DNA of 64,000 nucleotides from Candidatus Firestoneibacteriota bacterium. GTDB taxonomy: Bacteria; Oederibacteriota; D2-FULL-39-29; JBBTED01. The stretch covers positions 37,651 to 101,650 of the forward strand of contig JBBTED010000027.1 in the NCBI GenBank assembly GCA_038042445.1, read 5' to 3'. The notes under the pieces were generated by a model. The model was given only the letters and a program-made list of their open reading frames with translations. It searched no databases and was not told where the DNA came from. The position numbers and the translations under genes were made by a program. This document shows, piece after piece, positions 29,102-39,314 of this stretch (position 1 is its first letter; each line of letters opens with the position of its first letter).

Positions 29102-30371
29102 GTTTTTTAAGTTTCTCCAAATATTCTTTCATTTTTGACTCATATCCTCTATTTTGAGGTTCATAATATTTTCTTTTTTCCGGAATATATTGCTGTTTTA
29201 TATAACCTTCTTTATATGAATGTGGATATTTATATTCAATGCCATGCCCGAAATTTTTCGCACCTGAATAATTTGCATCTTTAAGATGTTTTGGAACTTG
29301 AAGTATCGGTTTTTTCTCTATATCATCTAATGCCTTATCTATTGCCACATATGCAGAATTGCTTTTTGGAGCACAGGCAATATAAATTGTTGCCTGTGCA
29401 AGTGGAATTCTTGCCTCAGGCATACCTATAACCTCAGAAACCTGTAAAGCAGCATTTGCAAGCATTAATGCTTGTGGGTCTGCCAAACCTACATCTTCCG
29501 CAGCGCATATTACAATTCTTCTTGCAACAAAACGTGGGTCTTCGCCACTATGCAACATTTTTGCAAGCCAGTAAATTGCTGCATCTGGATCTGAACCTCT
29601 CATACTCTTGATAAATGCCGAAATTGTATCATAATGCGAATCCTCTGAACTATCATAAATTATTGCTTTCTTTTGTATTGACTCTTCAGCAACTGCGAGT
29701 GTAAAATTTATTATTCCATTAGCATCTGGTAAAGTTGTTAGCACACCTATTTCCAAACCATTTAATGATTTTCTTGCATCTCCATTTGAAGAATTTATCA
29801 AAAACTCAAGTGCTTTATCTTCAATTTTAACTTTATAGTTACCCAACCCACGTTCTTTATCATCAAGAGCACGTATTAAAATAGTTTTTATATTCTCTGG
29901 TTTTAACGATTCAAACTGGAATATTTGAGAACGTGACAAAAGAGCAGAATTTATTGAAAAATATGGATTCTGTGTAGTTGCACCTATTAGAATAATTATA
30001 CCATTTTCAACATCAGGAAGAAGCGCATCCTGCTGAAGTTTGTTAAACCTATGTATCTCGTCAATAAATAAAATTGTACGTTGTTTTAGAAGATTTATCT
30101 GATTTTTTGCAGCATCTACAACTTTTCTTATATCAGAAACCCCAGCAGTAACTGCATTTAATTCTATAAAATGTGCAGATGTTTTATTTGCAATTACTCG
30201 TGCTAAAGCATTTTTCCCAGTTCCAGGGGGACCATATAATATAATAGAAGATAATCTATCTGATTCTATTGCCCTTCTAAAAAGTTTACCGGAACCAAGT
30301 ATATGTTCCTGTCCAACAAATTCAGAGATATCACGTGGACACAATCTTTTAGCAAGAGGTGTATTAACCAT
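29073..30371 (-). CDS. rarA: Replication-associated recombination protein A (AAA+ ATPase RarA/MgsA)
   Basis: GPPGTGKNALARVIA Walker A, ILFIDEIHRFNK Walker B/sensor, and the MgsA C-terminal helical domain. Confidence 0.85.
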   Translation of the reverse strand: MVNTPLAKRLCPRDISEFVGQEHILGSGKLFRRAIESDRLSSIILYGPPGTGKNALARVIANKTSAHFIELNAVTAGVSDIRKVVDAAKNQINLLKQRTILFIDEIHRFNKLQQDALLPDVENGIIILIGATTQNPYFSINSALLSRSQIFQFESLKPENIKTILIRALDDKERGLGNYKVKIEDKALEFLINSSNGDARKSLNGLEIGVLTTLPDANGIINFTLAVAEESIQKKAIIYDSSEDSHYDTISAFIKSMRGSDPDAAIYWLAKMLHSGEDPRFVARRIVICAAEDVGLADPQALMLANAALQVSEVIGMPEARIPLAQATIYIACAPKSNSAYVAIDKALDDIEKKPILQVPKHLKDANYSGAKNFGHGIEYKYPHSYKEGYIKQQYIPEKRKYYEPQNRGYESKMKEYLEKLKKHESEFEKGN

Positions 30372-30422
30372 ATTTCATTAATTAACATATATTAAAAAAC
30401 CCAAAATGTAAAATGAAAAATA

Positions 30423-30563
30423 ATAATAGGTTAGCCATTCTAAGATTTAATGGATTTTGTATGATTTATGTAGCCGCAAAGCGAAAGCTTTGCTGTTTTT
30501 TAGCAGAGCTTTGCTCTGCAGCTACAATAATAACGTCTATTTTTAGAATGGCTAATCTGTTAC
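30423..30563. mobile_element. Composite MITE-like element, copy 4 (inverted orientation; core 30470-30525)
   Basis: aataggttagccattctaag ... gtagccgcaaagcgaaagctttgctg ttttttag cagagctttgctctgcagctac ... ttagaatggctaatctgttac. Confidence 0.7.
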
Positions 30564-30591
30564 GAAAAATATGGATAAATTTTATGCCAAT

Positions 30592-31926
30592 CTAATCTAT
30601 TTTAAAAGATTTAAACTGTGGTAGATAATTTTTGTTTTTCTGTAGCATTTCACTTACCATTTTCTTAATCTCTCTTAATGACAAAACAGAAGCAGTAAGT
30701 GGATCATACATTACTGATTGAAATAGTAATCTCGCATCTCCTGTTAGTGCAGCTTCAACTGCCATTTCTTCAACTGCTACACTTATGTTATTGAGTGCAG
30801 CACATTGTGGAGGAATTGCACCTACATGAATAGCATTAAACCCACGTTTATTTGCTACAACAGGAACTTCTACACATACATCATCAGGCAAATTTGTAAT
30901 AATACCTGTATTTGGAACATTTCCGTTAAATTCAAATGCTTCACCACCCATTACAGCATTAATAATAAATGCTGCATATTCATGTCCCCTTTCTAATTCC
31001 ATTGGTGCGCCTTTTTCAAACCAATCCTTTATTTCTTTTTTCCAATGTTTTTCTCGTCCCAAATATTCTTTTAAAATATACGCGTATTCTCCTGGATTCC
31101 AGCCTGTACCGTGAATACAATACTTTTTTATAAGATCAGGACGTTTGCGAAACCACCAGTTGTATTCAGAATTATGTCCACTTGATTCAGTTACATAATA
31201 ATCCATATGCAAAAACATTTCATTTCGGACAAGTTCCTCCTGATATATTTTTTTATCTGTTGTTATGGCTTTGCGAATTAAAGGATAAACATCTTTTCCA
31301 TTTCTTTTGAATTCAATATACCAAGATTGATGATTTATTCCAGCACATACATACGTAATTTCTTCCATAGGAGCGTTAATCCATTTTGCCAACATTTTTG
31401 CAGTTCCCTGAACACTATGGCAAAGACCTGTTAATTTAAGAAATGATTTTTTCTGCATTGCTCTGCATAACATTGCCATAGGATTTGTATAATTTAACAA
31501 AATTGCATTTGGAGCATATTTCTCTATATCTTTGCATATATCAAGCATTACAGGTATAGTGCGAAGTGCTCTAAAAATACCTGCAACACCTCTTGTATCT
31601 CCAATATTAAAATCTACACCATATTTCTTGGGAATTTCAATATCATATTTCCAAACCTGCACACCTCCAGCTAAAATAGTAACTATTACAGCATCTGCTC
31701 CTTTTTTTAATGCTTCTTTTCTATCCAAAGTAGCTTCAATTTTAGCTGGATACTTTCCTCTATCAATAATGCTTTGAACAGATTTTCTTGAAAATTCAAG
31801 TCTGTCTTTATCTATATCCATAAGAACTAATGTTGAATTTTTAAGTAGTGGGAATGTCAATATATCCCTAATTAAATTACGTGTAAAACCCAGACTTCCT
31901 GCACCAATAAACACAATTCTTGCCAT
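30592..31926 (-). CDS. Glycoside hydrolase family 4 (NAD/Mn-dependent alpha-glucosidase/alpha-galactosidase-like)
   Basis: [14 protein letters not shown]ossmann N-terminus and the GH4 signature region ([14 protein letters not shown]). Confidence 0.8.
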   Translation of the reverse strand: MARIVFIGAGSLGFTRNLIRDILTFPLLKNSTLVLMDIDKDRLEFSRKSVQSIIDRGKYPAKIEATLDRKEALKKGADAVIVTILAGGVQVWKYDIEIPKKYGVDFNIGDTRGVAGIFRALRTIPVMLDICKDIEKYAPNAILLNYTNPMAMLCRAMQKKSFLKLTGLCHSVQGTAKMLAKWINAPMEEITYVCAGINHQSWYIEFKRNGKDVYPLIRKAITTDKKIYQEELVRNEMFLHMDYYVTESSGHNSEYNWWFRKRPDLIKKYCIHGTGWNPGEYAYILKEYLGREKHWKKEIKDWFEKGAPMELERGHEYAAFIINAVMGGEAFEFNGNVPNTGIITNLPDDVCVEVPVVANKRGFNAIHVGAIPPQCAALNNISVAVEEMAVEAALTGDARLLFQSVMYDPLTASVLSLREIKKMVSEMLQKNKNYLPQFKSFKID

Positions 31927-31963
31927 AATTTACTACCCCCTTTGTGTTAATAATTACCTACTC

Positions 31964-31992
31964 ATTATTGGGCGAGTAAACTCGCCCCTACA
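31964..31992. repeat. Repeat family D half-element (ttattgggcgagtaaactcgcccctaca)
   Basis: Single hairpin matching one arm of the 42613-42662 and 37116-37167 elements. Confidence 0.6.
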
Positions 31993-32043
31993 CAACAGAA
32001 TTATACCATATTTGAAAAGTTTGGCTTCTGATATATTGCGATT

Positions 32044-32946
32044 TTATTTAGAAATTTTGCGATACTTAAAAGGTGAAACACCTACCAATTTCTTGAATAT
32101 AAAATTAAAGTATGAAAGATTTTCATATCCTACTTCATAGCATACATCTATTATTCTTATACTTTCTTTTTGTAAAAGTTCTTTTGCGAGTATAATTCTT
32201 TTATGGTTAATATATTCCCTTATACTAAATCCTGTTACATCTTTAAAAATGCGGCTAAAATAATAAGGGCTGAATATTGCCTGTTTTGCCAGATAATTCA
32301 AGGTTAATTTTTTTGTTATATTATTATTTATATATTCCACTATTTCTTTTACAACTCTTTCTGCTTCAGAACTAACATACTCTTCTTTTTTATCAGAACT
32401 TTTATTTGTTTGAAGATGGAAGGATTTTTTTATAATATTTAATAGTTCTAATAAATGTAATTTTATTGAAATTTGTGAACTTTCTTTTATAGATGTAATC
32501 GTATAATGACAATTTTCCGGATTTACCTCTGCCGGAACATTGTATTCAGTCAACATTTTTTTTAGCAGTAATTCAGCATCTATCCTGGAATTATCTGTTA
32601 ATTTTATCTTATGATTAAAATTTTTATATCTTTTAAAGAATAAACCTACTGGATCAAATTTTTTATCAATATTTACATTTTCTATAAGTTCTTTATTAAA
32701 GTGTAAATTTATTATAGCAAAAGGAAGTTTTTTAGTTATTCTTGACCTATGTATTTCCTTATTATTTATTACAAGAATATCGCCTTTCTCTAAATTTACA
32801 ACTCTATCAACTACAAAATATGAACCTTTGCCTTCAAGAACATAAACTATTTCCAACAAATCATGTATATGTGATGGCATTTTGTAATCTGGAGAGAATT
32901 TTATGATTCTAACTTTAAACTTAAAATCTTTAAGTTTATCGTTCAT
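32044..32946 (-). CDS. AraC-family transcriptional regulator (cupin sensor + HTH)
   Basis: C-terminal AraC HTH (LTLNYLAKQAIFSPYYFSRIFKDVTGFSIREYINHKRI) with an N-terminal cupin-like domain. Confidence 0.8.
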   Translation of the reverse strand: MNDKLKDFKFKVRIIKFSPDYKMPSHIHDLLEIVYVLEGKGSYFVVDRVVNLEKGDILVINNKEIHRSRITKKLPFAIINLHFNKELIENVNIDKKFDPVGLFFKRYKNFNHKIKLTDNSRIDAELLLKKMLTEYNVPAEVNPENCHYTITSIKESSQISIKLHLLELLNIIKKSFHLQTNKSSDKKEEYVSSEAERVVKEIVEYINNNITKKLTLNYLAKQAIFSPYYFSRIFKDVTGFSIREYINHKRIILAKELLQKESIRIIDVCYEVGYENLSYFNFIFKKLVGVSPFKYRKISK

Positions 32947-32950
32947 GGTT

Positions 32951-33943
32951 TTAAATATATAATCCGTTTACAGGAATAAATCTCTTTAAATATAAACTTG
33001 TTTTTTTTAGTTCTTCCAAAAGAATTTTTTCAGTTTTGGTAGAACCGGGTATAATTTCAGCAATAAGAAAATGTTTTTTTACAGGCGGCAAATGTTTAGC
33101 CAAAATTGATTTATGATAATTTTTATGTGAATATTCAATTGCAGATAATATTTTATCTATTTTAATGTGACCTTTTTTATTGTATTTTTCAATAAAAGGC
33201 CAGTGGTGACTCGCATCAGCAGTTGTCTGTTGTAAATGAATTATTTCTGACACTGCAGCAAATTCTTTTAGCCATTCAATATAAGAAATATTTCTTCCTT
33301 TTAGTCCATAGTGTTGACCAGCCTGATGCCCTACATCTACAGTTAAATATACCGGCACACCATTATTATTTCTATTAACTTCAAAAAGAAATTCGCAAGC
33401 TTCATCTATTGTCCATGGTATTTCACTTGGAATATACATTTGCTCATTGTAAATCGCAGACATACCTTTATTTTTAGCAAGGATAGCTAATTGCTTAAAT
33501 TGCGTATAAATATTTTTAAATGCTTTTCTTTTATGCTTTTGGCTATGCAAAATTTCTACAGAAAAAGCATCCCAGTGACCTCCTATAGCAGTTGTTCCCA
33601 ATGCTAATGCAATATCCATTGCTTCAACAATCCACTGCATCATTTGTTTTTGTACTACAGGATTGCTATGTGATAATCCATGAAACCTGTGAGTAGCAAC
33701 ACCTGTATAATAATCTGTTATTGCAACACCATATTTTTTTGCAAAACAACCGATTTGTTTTGCTGTTTCTAACTGGTATTTTTTGTCTCCACTGAAGAAT
33801 GGATCTAATGCATCTGAACAGAACTCATGGTATTTATAACCACATTCTGCTGTTAGTTTCATAAAATTCTCAGGATTTTCCCAACGTCTTGTAAGAAAAG
33901 CCCCATTTATTCCAAAATTTACTGTAATTTTATTTTTAGTCAT
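32951..33943 (-). CDS. Xylose isomerase-like TIM barrel protein (sugar isomerase/epimerase family)
   Basis: His/Asp/Glu-rich barrel motifs (GGHWDAF, TVDVGHQ). Assignment is by general pattern only. Confidence 0.4.
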   Translation of the reverse strand: MTKNKITVNFGINGAFLTRRWENPENFMKLTAECGYKYHEFCSDALDPFFSGDKKYQLETAKQIGCFAKKYGVAITDYYTGVATHRFHGLSHSNPVVQKQMMQWIVEAMDIALALGTTAIGGHWDAFSVEILHSQKHKRKAFKNIYTQFKQLAILAKNKGMSAIYNEQMYIPSEIPWTIDEACEFLFEVNRNNNGVPVYLTVDVGHQAGQHYGLKGRNISYIEWLKEFAAVSEIIHLQQTTADASHHWPFIEKYNKKGHIKIDKILSAIEYSHKNYHKSILAKHLPPVKKHFLIAEIIPGSTKTEKILLEELKKTSLYLKRFIPVNGLYI

Positions 33944-33993
33944 ATAATCCTTGTAAATACTCAGTGAACCCCGTTGGTGAATATTTTAGTAGT

Positions 33994-34064
33994 GGTAGTC
34001 GCAAGCTTTAGCTTGCGGTATTGTCTTTCACCATATTTTCCGCAGGCTAAAGCCTGCGGCTACC
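33994..34064. repeat. Nested-palindrome repeat family B, copy 3
   Basis: ggtagtcgcaagctttagcttgcg gtattgtctttcaccatattttc cgcaggctaaagcctgcggctacc. Confidence 0.8.
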
Positions 34065-34349
34065 ATTATAACACAGTCTGAATAACGCAGTTCAGTGAAT
34101 TTTTACGACTCCTTTAGTTTAAAAAAAACCCCGCATTGTGCCGTGTGAAATAACAATTTGAACCTTTTGTATAAGTGGGTGCTCTCTTAGATGTTTCAGG
34201 CTTTCCCTTTCGGGACATGCACACCACATCTAAAGCTCAAGCCCCTTACAAAAAGGTGTTGGCTCAAAATTTGTCAATCCATCACAAACACAGCAGGGTC
34301 ATTTAAATTGTATCAGATTTTTTAAAAATTACAATCCCTAAAATTATTT

Positions 34350-35544
34350 TTATGCTACACTAAATTTTCTGTTTATGATAACACCTTGCTTTTTTAATTG
34401 ATTTTGCAGTTTTTCTACATTTATATCTGAAAAATTTTCGTTATTAGAAGATAATATTGCTGCTGCTGTACCTGCTGCCTCACCTGTTACTGCACAAGTT
34501 GGAATCGCTCTTGTAATATCCCATGCTGTCGTCGTAACTGAAATACATCTTCCTGCAGTTATTAAATTATCTATTTTGGCTCCTATAAGACATCTATACG
34601 GAATATAAAATATAGGACCTTCTTTTCGCCAATCTCCTGTCATTCCAATTGAATCATAAAAGAATTTTTTATTGTCTTTTTCATCAAGTTCAAAAACTCC
34701 TTGTAACCTTCGTGTCATCCTGAATTGAGGAATAGAAGGAATAAGAATAGGATAGATGTTTTTATTATTCTTTTTCAATTCCAGAATTTCTTTAAGAATT
34801 AATTTTCTGCCAGCAATATTCATTTCTGTAACATCTTCATAATTATCACCTGAAAATGTTTTCGTTGTTGCAGGAAGTTTTGTATGTATAAAGTGGATCA
34901 CCAACTACACGTAATTCAATTTTCCCATTATTATATAAAAAAAACCATCCACTTTTCCTATTAGTATTAAGTGAAACTGTTTTTTCACCTGCTTTATAAC
35001 AAACATCTGCATCACCCGAAGTATCAATAACTGTTTTACATAATACTGCATTTCTTCCACTTTTGTTTTCAACAATAAGCGCTTTTATTTTAGTGTTTTT
35101 AATTACCACATCACAAAATCGTGTATCATATAGTATTTTGATTTTGTTTTTCAAAATTTGTTCTTCCATTGTAAGTATAAAAGAAGCAGGGTTGAATTTA
35201 ACCTCATATCTGTGTTTTTTTATTCTCTTTTTATTCCCATTTTTCTGCCAGCAATCTGGAATTTTGTCATATCCATCTTTAACTGACAATTTCAATAATT
35301 CCTCACCTATTCCTGATATAACCTGATTTCCCATACCATCGCACAAAGGCAGGTAAAAAACTACAAGACCAAGTGTTGCAAGCCCACCTAATGCATTTTC
35401 TTTTTCTATTACACAAACTTTTGCATTATTTCTACTGGCTGCAAGTGCTGCTGATACACCAGCAATGCCACCGCCTACAACAACAACATCATATTCACCT
35501 ATAATATTTATTTTTTTTGATACCTCAATTAAAGTTTTTTGCAT
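34350..35544 (-). pseudogene. FAD-dependent oxidoreductase (PF12831-like) split by a frameshift into 232-aa and 184-aa ORFs
   Basis: The N-terminal part has YDVVVVGGGIAGVSAALAA (FAD-binding GxGxxG) and the C-terminal part has ITAGRCISVT...TGEAAGTAAA. The two ORFs overlap by 59 nt in different frames (34846-34904). A T8 homopolymer on the coding strand (34932-34939) lies just upstream of the overlap. Confidence 0.6.
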
Positions 35545-35545
35545 T

Positions 35546-36208
35546 TTAATTACCTCTTAATAGTTTCTTTCTGTATTTTTCAAATTCAAAATCAGCGATT
35601 TCTTCAACTTCCTTTTGTGTAAGAAATCTTGGCTTGCCTATTAAACTTGCAAAAATTTGGGTCTTTGCAGCTTCTTCTATAATTAATGTCTTATAATATG
35701 CTTCTCTAAGAGTTTTTCCTGCGCATATACAACCATGGTTAGCCAATAAAATATTTTCACAATTAGGGATAACTTTTTCAACAATAGCTATTAGCTTTTT
35801 ACCGCCAGGAGCAATATATTTTAATGTGCAAACATTTTTTACATACGCCACAAAATCAGGCCACATTGGTTTTAATTTCACACCTGCTGTAATTAAAGAA
35901 GTAACATAAGGTGGATGAGTATGAACAACAGTATTTATGTCAGTATTTTTTCTATAACAAGCAAGATGTATATTTATTTCTGAAGATGGTCTGGAATCTC
36001 CTTCTATAACTTTTCCGTCTCTTATCCTGACTCCTATATAATCATCAGGTTCAAGCTCATCAAATGAAAAACCACTTGACTTGATATAAATTATATCATT
36101 ACATTTAGCGCTTATGTTCCCGCCAGGGCCAATAACCAATCCTTTTTCCTGAATTAAATTACCATATTTCACAAGTTCTTTTTTTATTTTTTTAGATATA
36201 ATATTCAT
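35546..36208 (-). CDS. Class II aldolase/adducin-family protein (L-fuculose/L-ribulose-5-phosphate aldolase/epimerase-like)
   Basis: GPGGNISAK...HTHPPY motif pattern of class II aldolases. Confidence 0.7.
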   Translation of the reverse strand: MNIISKKIKKELVKYGNLIQEKGLVIGPGGNISAKCNDIIYIKSSGFSFDELEPDDYIGVRIRDGKVIEGDSRPSSEINIHLACYRKNTDINTVVHTHPPYVTSLITAGVKLKPMWPDFVAYVKNVCTLKYIAPGGKKLIAIVEKVIPNCENILLANHGCICAGKTLREAYYKTLIIEEAAKTQIFASLIGKPRFLTQKEVEEIADFEFEKYRKKLLRGN

Positions 36209-36984
36209 CTCATCTCCTGACCACCTGTAACATTTATTGCCTGTCCACTCATATAATTAGATTCATCAGAAGCTAAAAACACTAAAAGGTTAGCAACATC
36301 ATCTACTGTGCATTCCCTTTGCAAAGGAACTTTTTCTATATATTTTTTACGAACTTCTGCAGGTGGAATGTTTAGTTTTTTTGAATACTCTTTGTCTAAC
36401 TGATCCCACAATGGAGTTGAAAATACATTTCCCGGGCAAATTGCATTTACATTTATTCCATACGGTGCTAAATCAAGTGCAACACTTTGAGTTAAACCTA
36501 TTACTCCAAATTTTGCAGAACAATATGCAGAAAGCCAAAGCCCTCCTTTTTTACCTGATTTAGAACTTATGTTTATTATTTTTCCATATTTTTGCTCTAC
36601 CATTACCTTAGCAACTGCTTTTGTGCATAAAAAAGTTCCCTTTAAATCCACATTTATTATGGCATCCCATACTTCTTCAGGCATATCAGTAATTGCAAAT
36701 GCTTTTATTATTCCTGCGTTATTCACAAGAATATCTATACGTTTGAATTTATCTACAGCTTTTTTAACCATTTCATCTACATCTTTAGAATTAGTTACAT
36801 CAATTTTTACAGGAATACTTTTTCTGCCGGTATTTATAATTTCTTCAGACACAGATTTTGCATTATCAAAATTTATATCTGCAACTACAACATTACAACC
36901 TTCTTTTGCCAATCTTATTGCTAATCCTTTTCCTATTCCCTGACCAGCACCTGTAATTATAACTACTTTATCTTTCAATCTCAT
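36205..36984 (-). CDS. Short-chain dehydrogenase/reductase (SDR)
   Basis: VVIITGAGQGIGKG (TGxxxGxG), NNAG and YCSAK catalytic motifs. The start is placed at the second Met (36984), preceded by GAGGTG. Confidence 0.8.
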   Translation of the reverse strand: MRLKDKVVIITGAGQGIGKGLAIRLAKEGCNVVVADINFDNAKSVSEEIINTGRKSIPVKIDVTNSKDVDEMVKKAVDKFKRIDILVNNAGIIKAFAITDMPEEVWDAIINVDLKGTFLCTKAVAKVMVEQKYGKIINISSKSGKKGGLWLSAYCSAKFGVIGLTQSVALDLAPYGINVNAICPGNVFSTPLWDQLDKEYSKKLNIPPAEVRKKYIEKVPLQRECTVDDVANLLVFLASDESNYMSGQAINVTGGQEMR

Positions 36985-37115
36985 TTCACACCTCATCATT
37001 TTATACTTTGTAATATCTTCATCATTAAGTATAAATGTTTTTTACACTTTTGCAAGAAAATTTTTAATTTATTAGTAATGGGGTCAGTCTTTGGTTTTTT
37101 TTTCGTTATATCGCG

Positions 37116-37167
37116 TAGGGGCGGATTTATCCGCCCAATAATTAAGGGCTGGCAAGCCAGCCCCTAC
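37116..37167. repeat. Nested-palindrome repeat family D, copy 2 (gtaggggcggatttatccgcccaata...gggctggcaagccagcccctac)
   Basis: Two internal hairpins with an outer gtagggg/cccctac inverted repeat. Confidence 0.75.
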
Positions 37168-37263
37168 AAAGATAAAAGATTATTCCGTATTTCACTAACC
37201 CATTACATAAACATATAAAATAGTCTTGGCAAATTTATATAGCTATGTAATAATGTCAGAGTT

Positions 37264-37986
37264 ATGTTAAATAATATAAATACCTTTATTCAAAAAATTA
37301 GAGCTGAACTTAAAATCAATGCTGATGAAAAAACTAAACAAAGTTTTCAGCGTTTTTTTAAAGAACAAATTAAGTGTTATGGCGTAAAAACCGAAATAGT
37401 ACGCAAAATCGCTAAAAAATACTGGCAAGAAGTTAAGAAATTGAACAAAAAAGAGGTTTTCTCCTTTTGTGAAAAACTTTATGCTTCAGATTATTGCGAA
37501 GAAGCTTTTATTGTTTCTTATTGGATTCCAAATTTGACCAGTCAATTTGAACCAAAAGATGTAATGATATTTGAGAGGTGGATTAAAAAATATATCAATA
37601 ATTGGGCAAAATGTGATAGTTTTTGCAACCATTCTGTCGGAAATTTTATTGAAAAATATCCACAATACATCAAAGAATTAAAAAACTGGAGTAAATCAGA
37701 TAATATCTGGTTGAAAAGAGCATCTGCTGTATCTCTTATTATTCCAGCTAAAAAAGGTAAATTCCTGTCGGATATTTTAGAAATAACCAATCAGTTATTA
37801 TTGGACAAAGATGATATGGTTCAAAAAGGATATGGATGGTTATTGAAAGAAGCAAGCAGACATCATCAACAAGAGATATTTAAGTATGTTGTAAAAAACA
37901 AAAAGAAAATGCCACGCACCTCTTTAAGATATGCTATTGAGCTAATGCCAAAAACACTTAAATCCAAAGCGATGAAACATGATTAA
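37264..37986 (+). CDS. DNA alkylation repair enzyme (AlkC/AlkD-like HEAT-repeat glycosylase family)
   Basis: Sequence pattern of PF08713 (EKTKQSFQRFFKE..., WIKKYINNWAKCDSFC...). Confidence 0.6.
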   Translation: MLNNINTFIQKIRAELKINADEKTKQSFQRFFKEQIKCYGVKTEIVRKIAKKYWQEVKKLNKKEVFSFCEKLYASDYCEEAFIVSYWIPNLTSQFEPKDVMIFERWIKKYINNWAKCDSFCNHSVGNFIEKYPQYIKELKNWSKSDNIWLKRASAVSLIIPAKKGKFLSDILEITNQLLLDKDDMVQKGYGWLLKEASRHHQQEIFKYVVKNKKKMPRTSLRYAIELMPKTLKSKAMKHD

Positions 37987-37998
37987 AAAGATTTTTAT

Positions 37999-38250
37999 TT
38001 AATTACATCCACAGCCTTTTTCTGCATCATCATTAAATGCTTCAACACTTTTAATTACTGTTGAAATAACCTTGTCCATTTTACCCATTGCACCTTTTCT
38101 TACCATCTTTCCTACTTCTATTGCTTCCTCAATTTCCTGTTCATTAGCTCCATTTTCTTTTGCCTTACTGACATGATAGTTTAAACAAGGCTGACAATTT
38201 GCAGTAACCGATGCACCAATTGCTATCAATTCTTTAGCTTTATCGTCCAT
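37999..38250 (-). CDS. Carboxymuconolactone decarboxylase-family (AhpD-like) small protein with CxxC
   Basis: LIAIGASVTANCQPCLNYHVSKAKENGA is an AhpD-like CxxC...H core. Confidence 0.6.
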   Translation of the reverse strand: MDDKAKELIAIGASVTANCQPCLNYHVSKAKENGANEQEIEEAIEVGKMVRKGAMGKMDKVISTVIKSVEAFNDDAEKGCGCN

Positions 38251-38270
38251 AACACCTCTCCTTTTAATTT

Positions 38271-38969
38271 TTACGATCTTGAGAATTCTGCTTTAGAAAA
38301 TATATGAATATTGGAATTAGCCAACAAATTCGTAGTTGTAATTATTGCTGCTATAATATATTTTTTTACAGCTAATTCCTCTTCTTTAACACCAAAACCA
38401 GGCATTGATGGTCCGCATATATAAAAATTTGCACCTAAATCTTCCAGAATTGCTATAGTCTCTTCAGGGACAGGCCATCCTATTTGATTTTTCAGTATTT
38501 TTTTTACGAGTCCAGTAAAAAGAATACCACTAAATCCTGAAAGTTTTGAGTGATAATCTTTTTTTAACAGCCGCACACCTGCTCCTTCAAATACAATATT
38601 TACTTCCATTCCCAATACAGCTGCAGCTAATGCCTTACAAAAAGGTAAAAGCACTTGTTCTAACCGAGCTGTAGAAATAATAACTGTCATTTTGTTATTG
38701 TTTTTCTTTTGTTCACCCTTCTTAATAAACAAACTTTGTTTGTTTTCTTCCTTTTTTTCTGAACCAAGGAAAATATGGCCTGTTAAATCACAAAATGTTT
38801 TAATGTCTGCAAGAATTCCTTTGTTATCTTTAATAATCACCTCTAAAGTCTCCCCTATTTTAAGATAATCCATTTCTTTAACAATTCTATATGCAACCAT
38901 ATCTGGCTTTAATGTTTTAGAGGTATCAATAATAGTTTTCTTTATTTTATCTTCAGCCATTATACTCAC
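38271..38969 (-). CDS. TusA-like / DsrE-DsrF-like fusion protein (sulfur relay-type)
   Basis: The N-terminal 75 aa have the TusA two-layer alpha/beta pattern (LEVIIKDNKGILADIKTFCDLTGH). The C-terminal 130 aa are DsrE/YchN-like (MTVIISTARLEQVLLPFCKALAAAVLGMEVNIVFEGAGV). Confidence 0.55.
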   Translation of the reverse strand: MSIMAEDKIKKTIIDTSKTLKPDMVAYRIVKEMDYLKIGETLEVIIKDNKGILADIKTFCDLTGHIFLGSEKKEENKQSLFIKKGEQKKNNNKMTVIISTARLEQVLLPFCKALAAAVLGMEVNIVFEGAGVRLLKKDYHSKLSGFSGILFTGLVKKILKNQIGWPVPEETIAILEDLGANFYICGPSMPGFGVKEEELAVKKYIIAAIITTTNLLANSNIHIFSKAEFSRS

Positions 38970-38998
38970 CTCCTTATTTAATTCTTGAAGTTAAATTT

Positions 38999-39301
38999 TT
39001 ATCCGCAACAACTAGTATTTTGTAAAGTTTTAGTTTTATCTGAACCACAACCGCAAGCTGCTTCTTGTCCTGTTAGTGCTGATATCATCATAGCAGCAGC
39101 ACATCCTACACCTACTTCTACAGATATAGCTTGTGCCTGACAATTTTTCTGACAGGCTCCACATTCCATACAATCTAAAAGATGAATAATCTCAGCTTTT
39201 TTATTTCTGATTTGAAAAACATTGTGCGGACAAACTTCTATGCATCTGCCACAACCTGTGCATTTGCTTTGTTCAAGTTCTAAAGTAGTTATAGTTTTCA
39301 T
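38999..39301 (-). CDS. hgcB: Mercury methylation ferredoxin HgcB (2x[4Fe-4S] with C-terminal cysteine tail)
   Basis: CTGCGRCIEVCP and the HgcB-diagnostic DCMECGACQKNC motifs. The C-terminus reads ...CGCGSD...SCCG (vicinal Cys tail). It is immediately downstream of hgcA. The start is placed at MKTITT (39301), preceded by AAGGGGTGA. Confidence 0.85.
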   Translation of the reverse strand: MKTITTLELEQSKCTGCGRCIEVCPHNVFQIRNKKAEIIHLLDCMECGACQKNCQAQAISVEVGVGCAAAMMISALTGQEAACGCGSDKTKTLQNTSCCG

Positions 39302-39314
39302 ATTATCACCCCTT

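Noticed and set aside
34350-35544. Treating 34350-34904 and 34846-35544 as two separate genes
   Set aside because: The two halves correspond to the N- and C-terminal parts of a single FAD-dependent oxidoreductase fold and overlap out of frame. They are better explained as one frameshifted gene.
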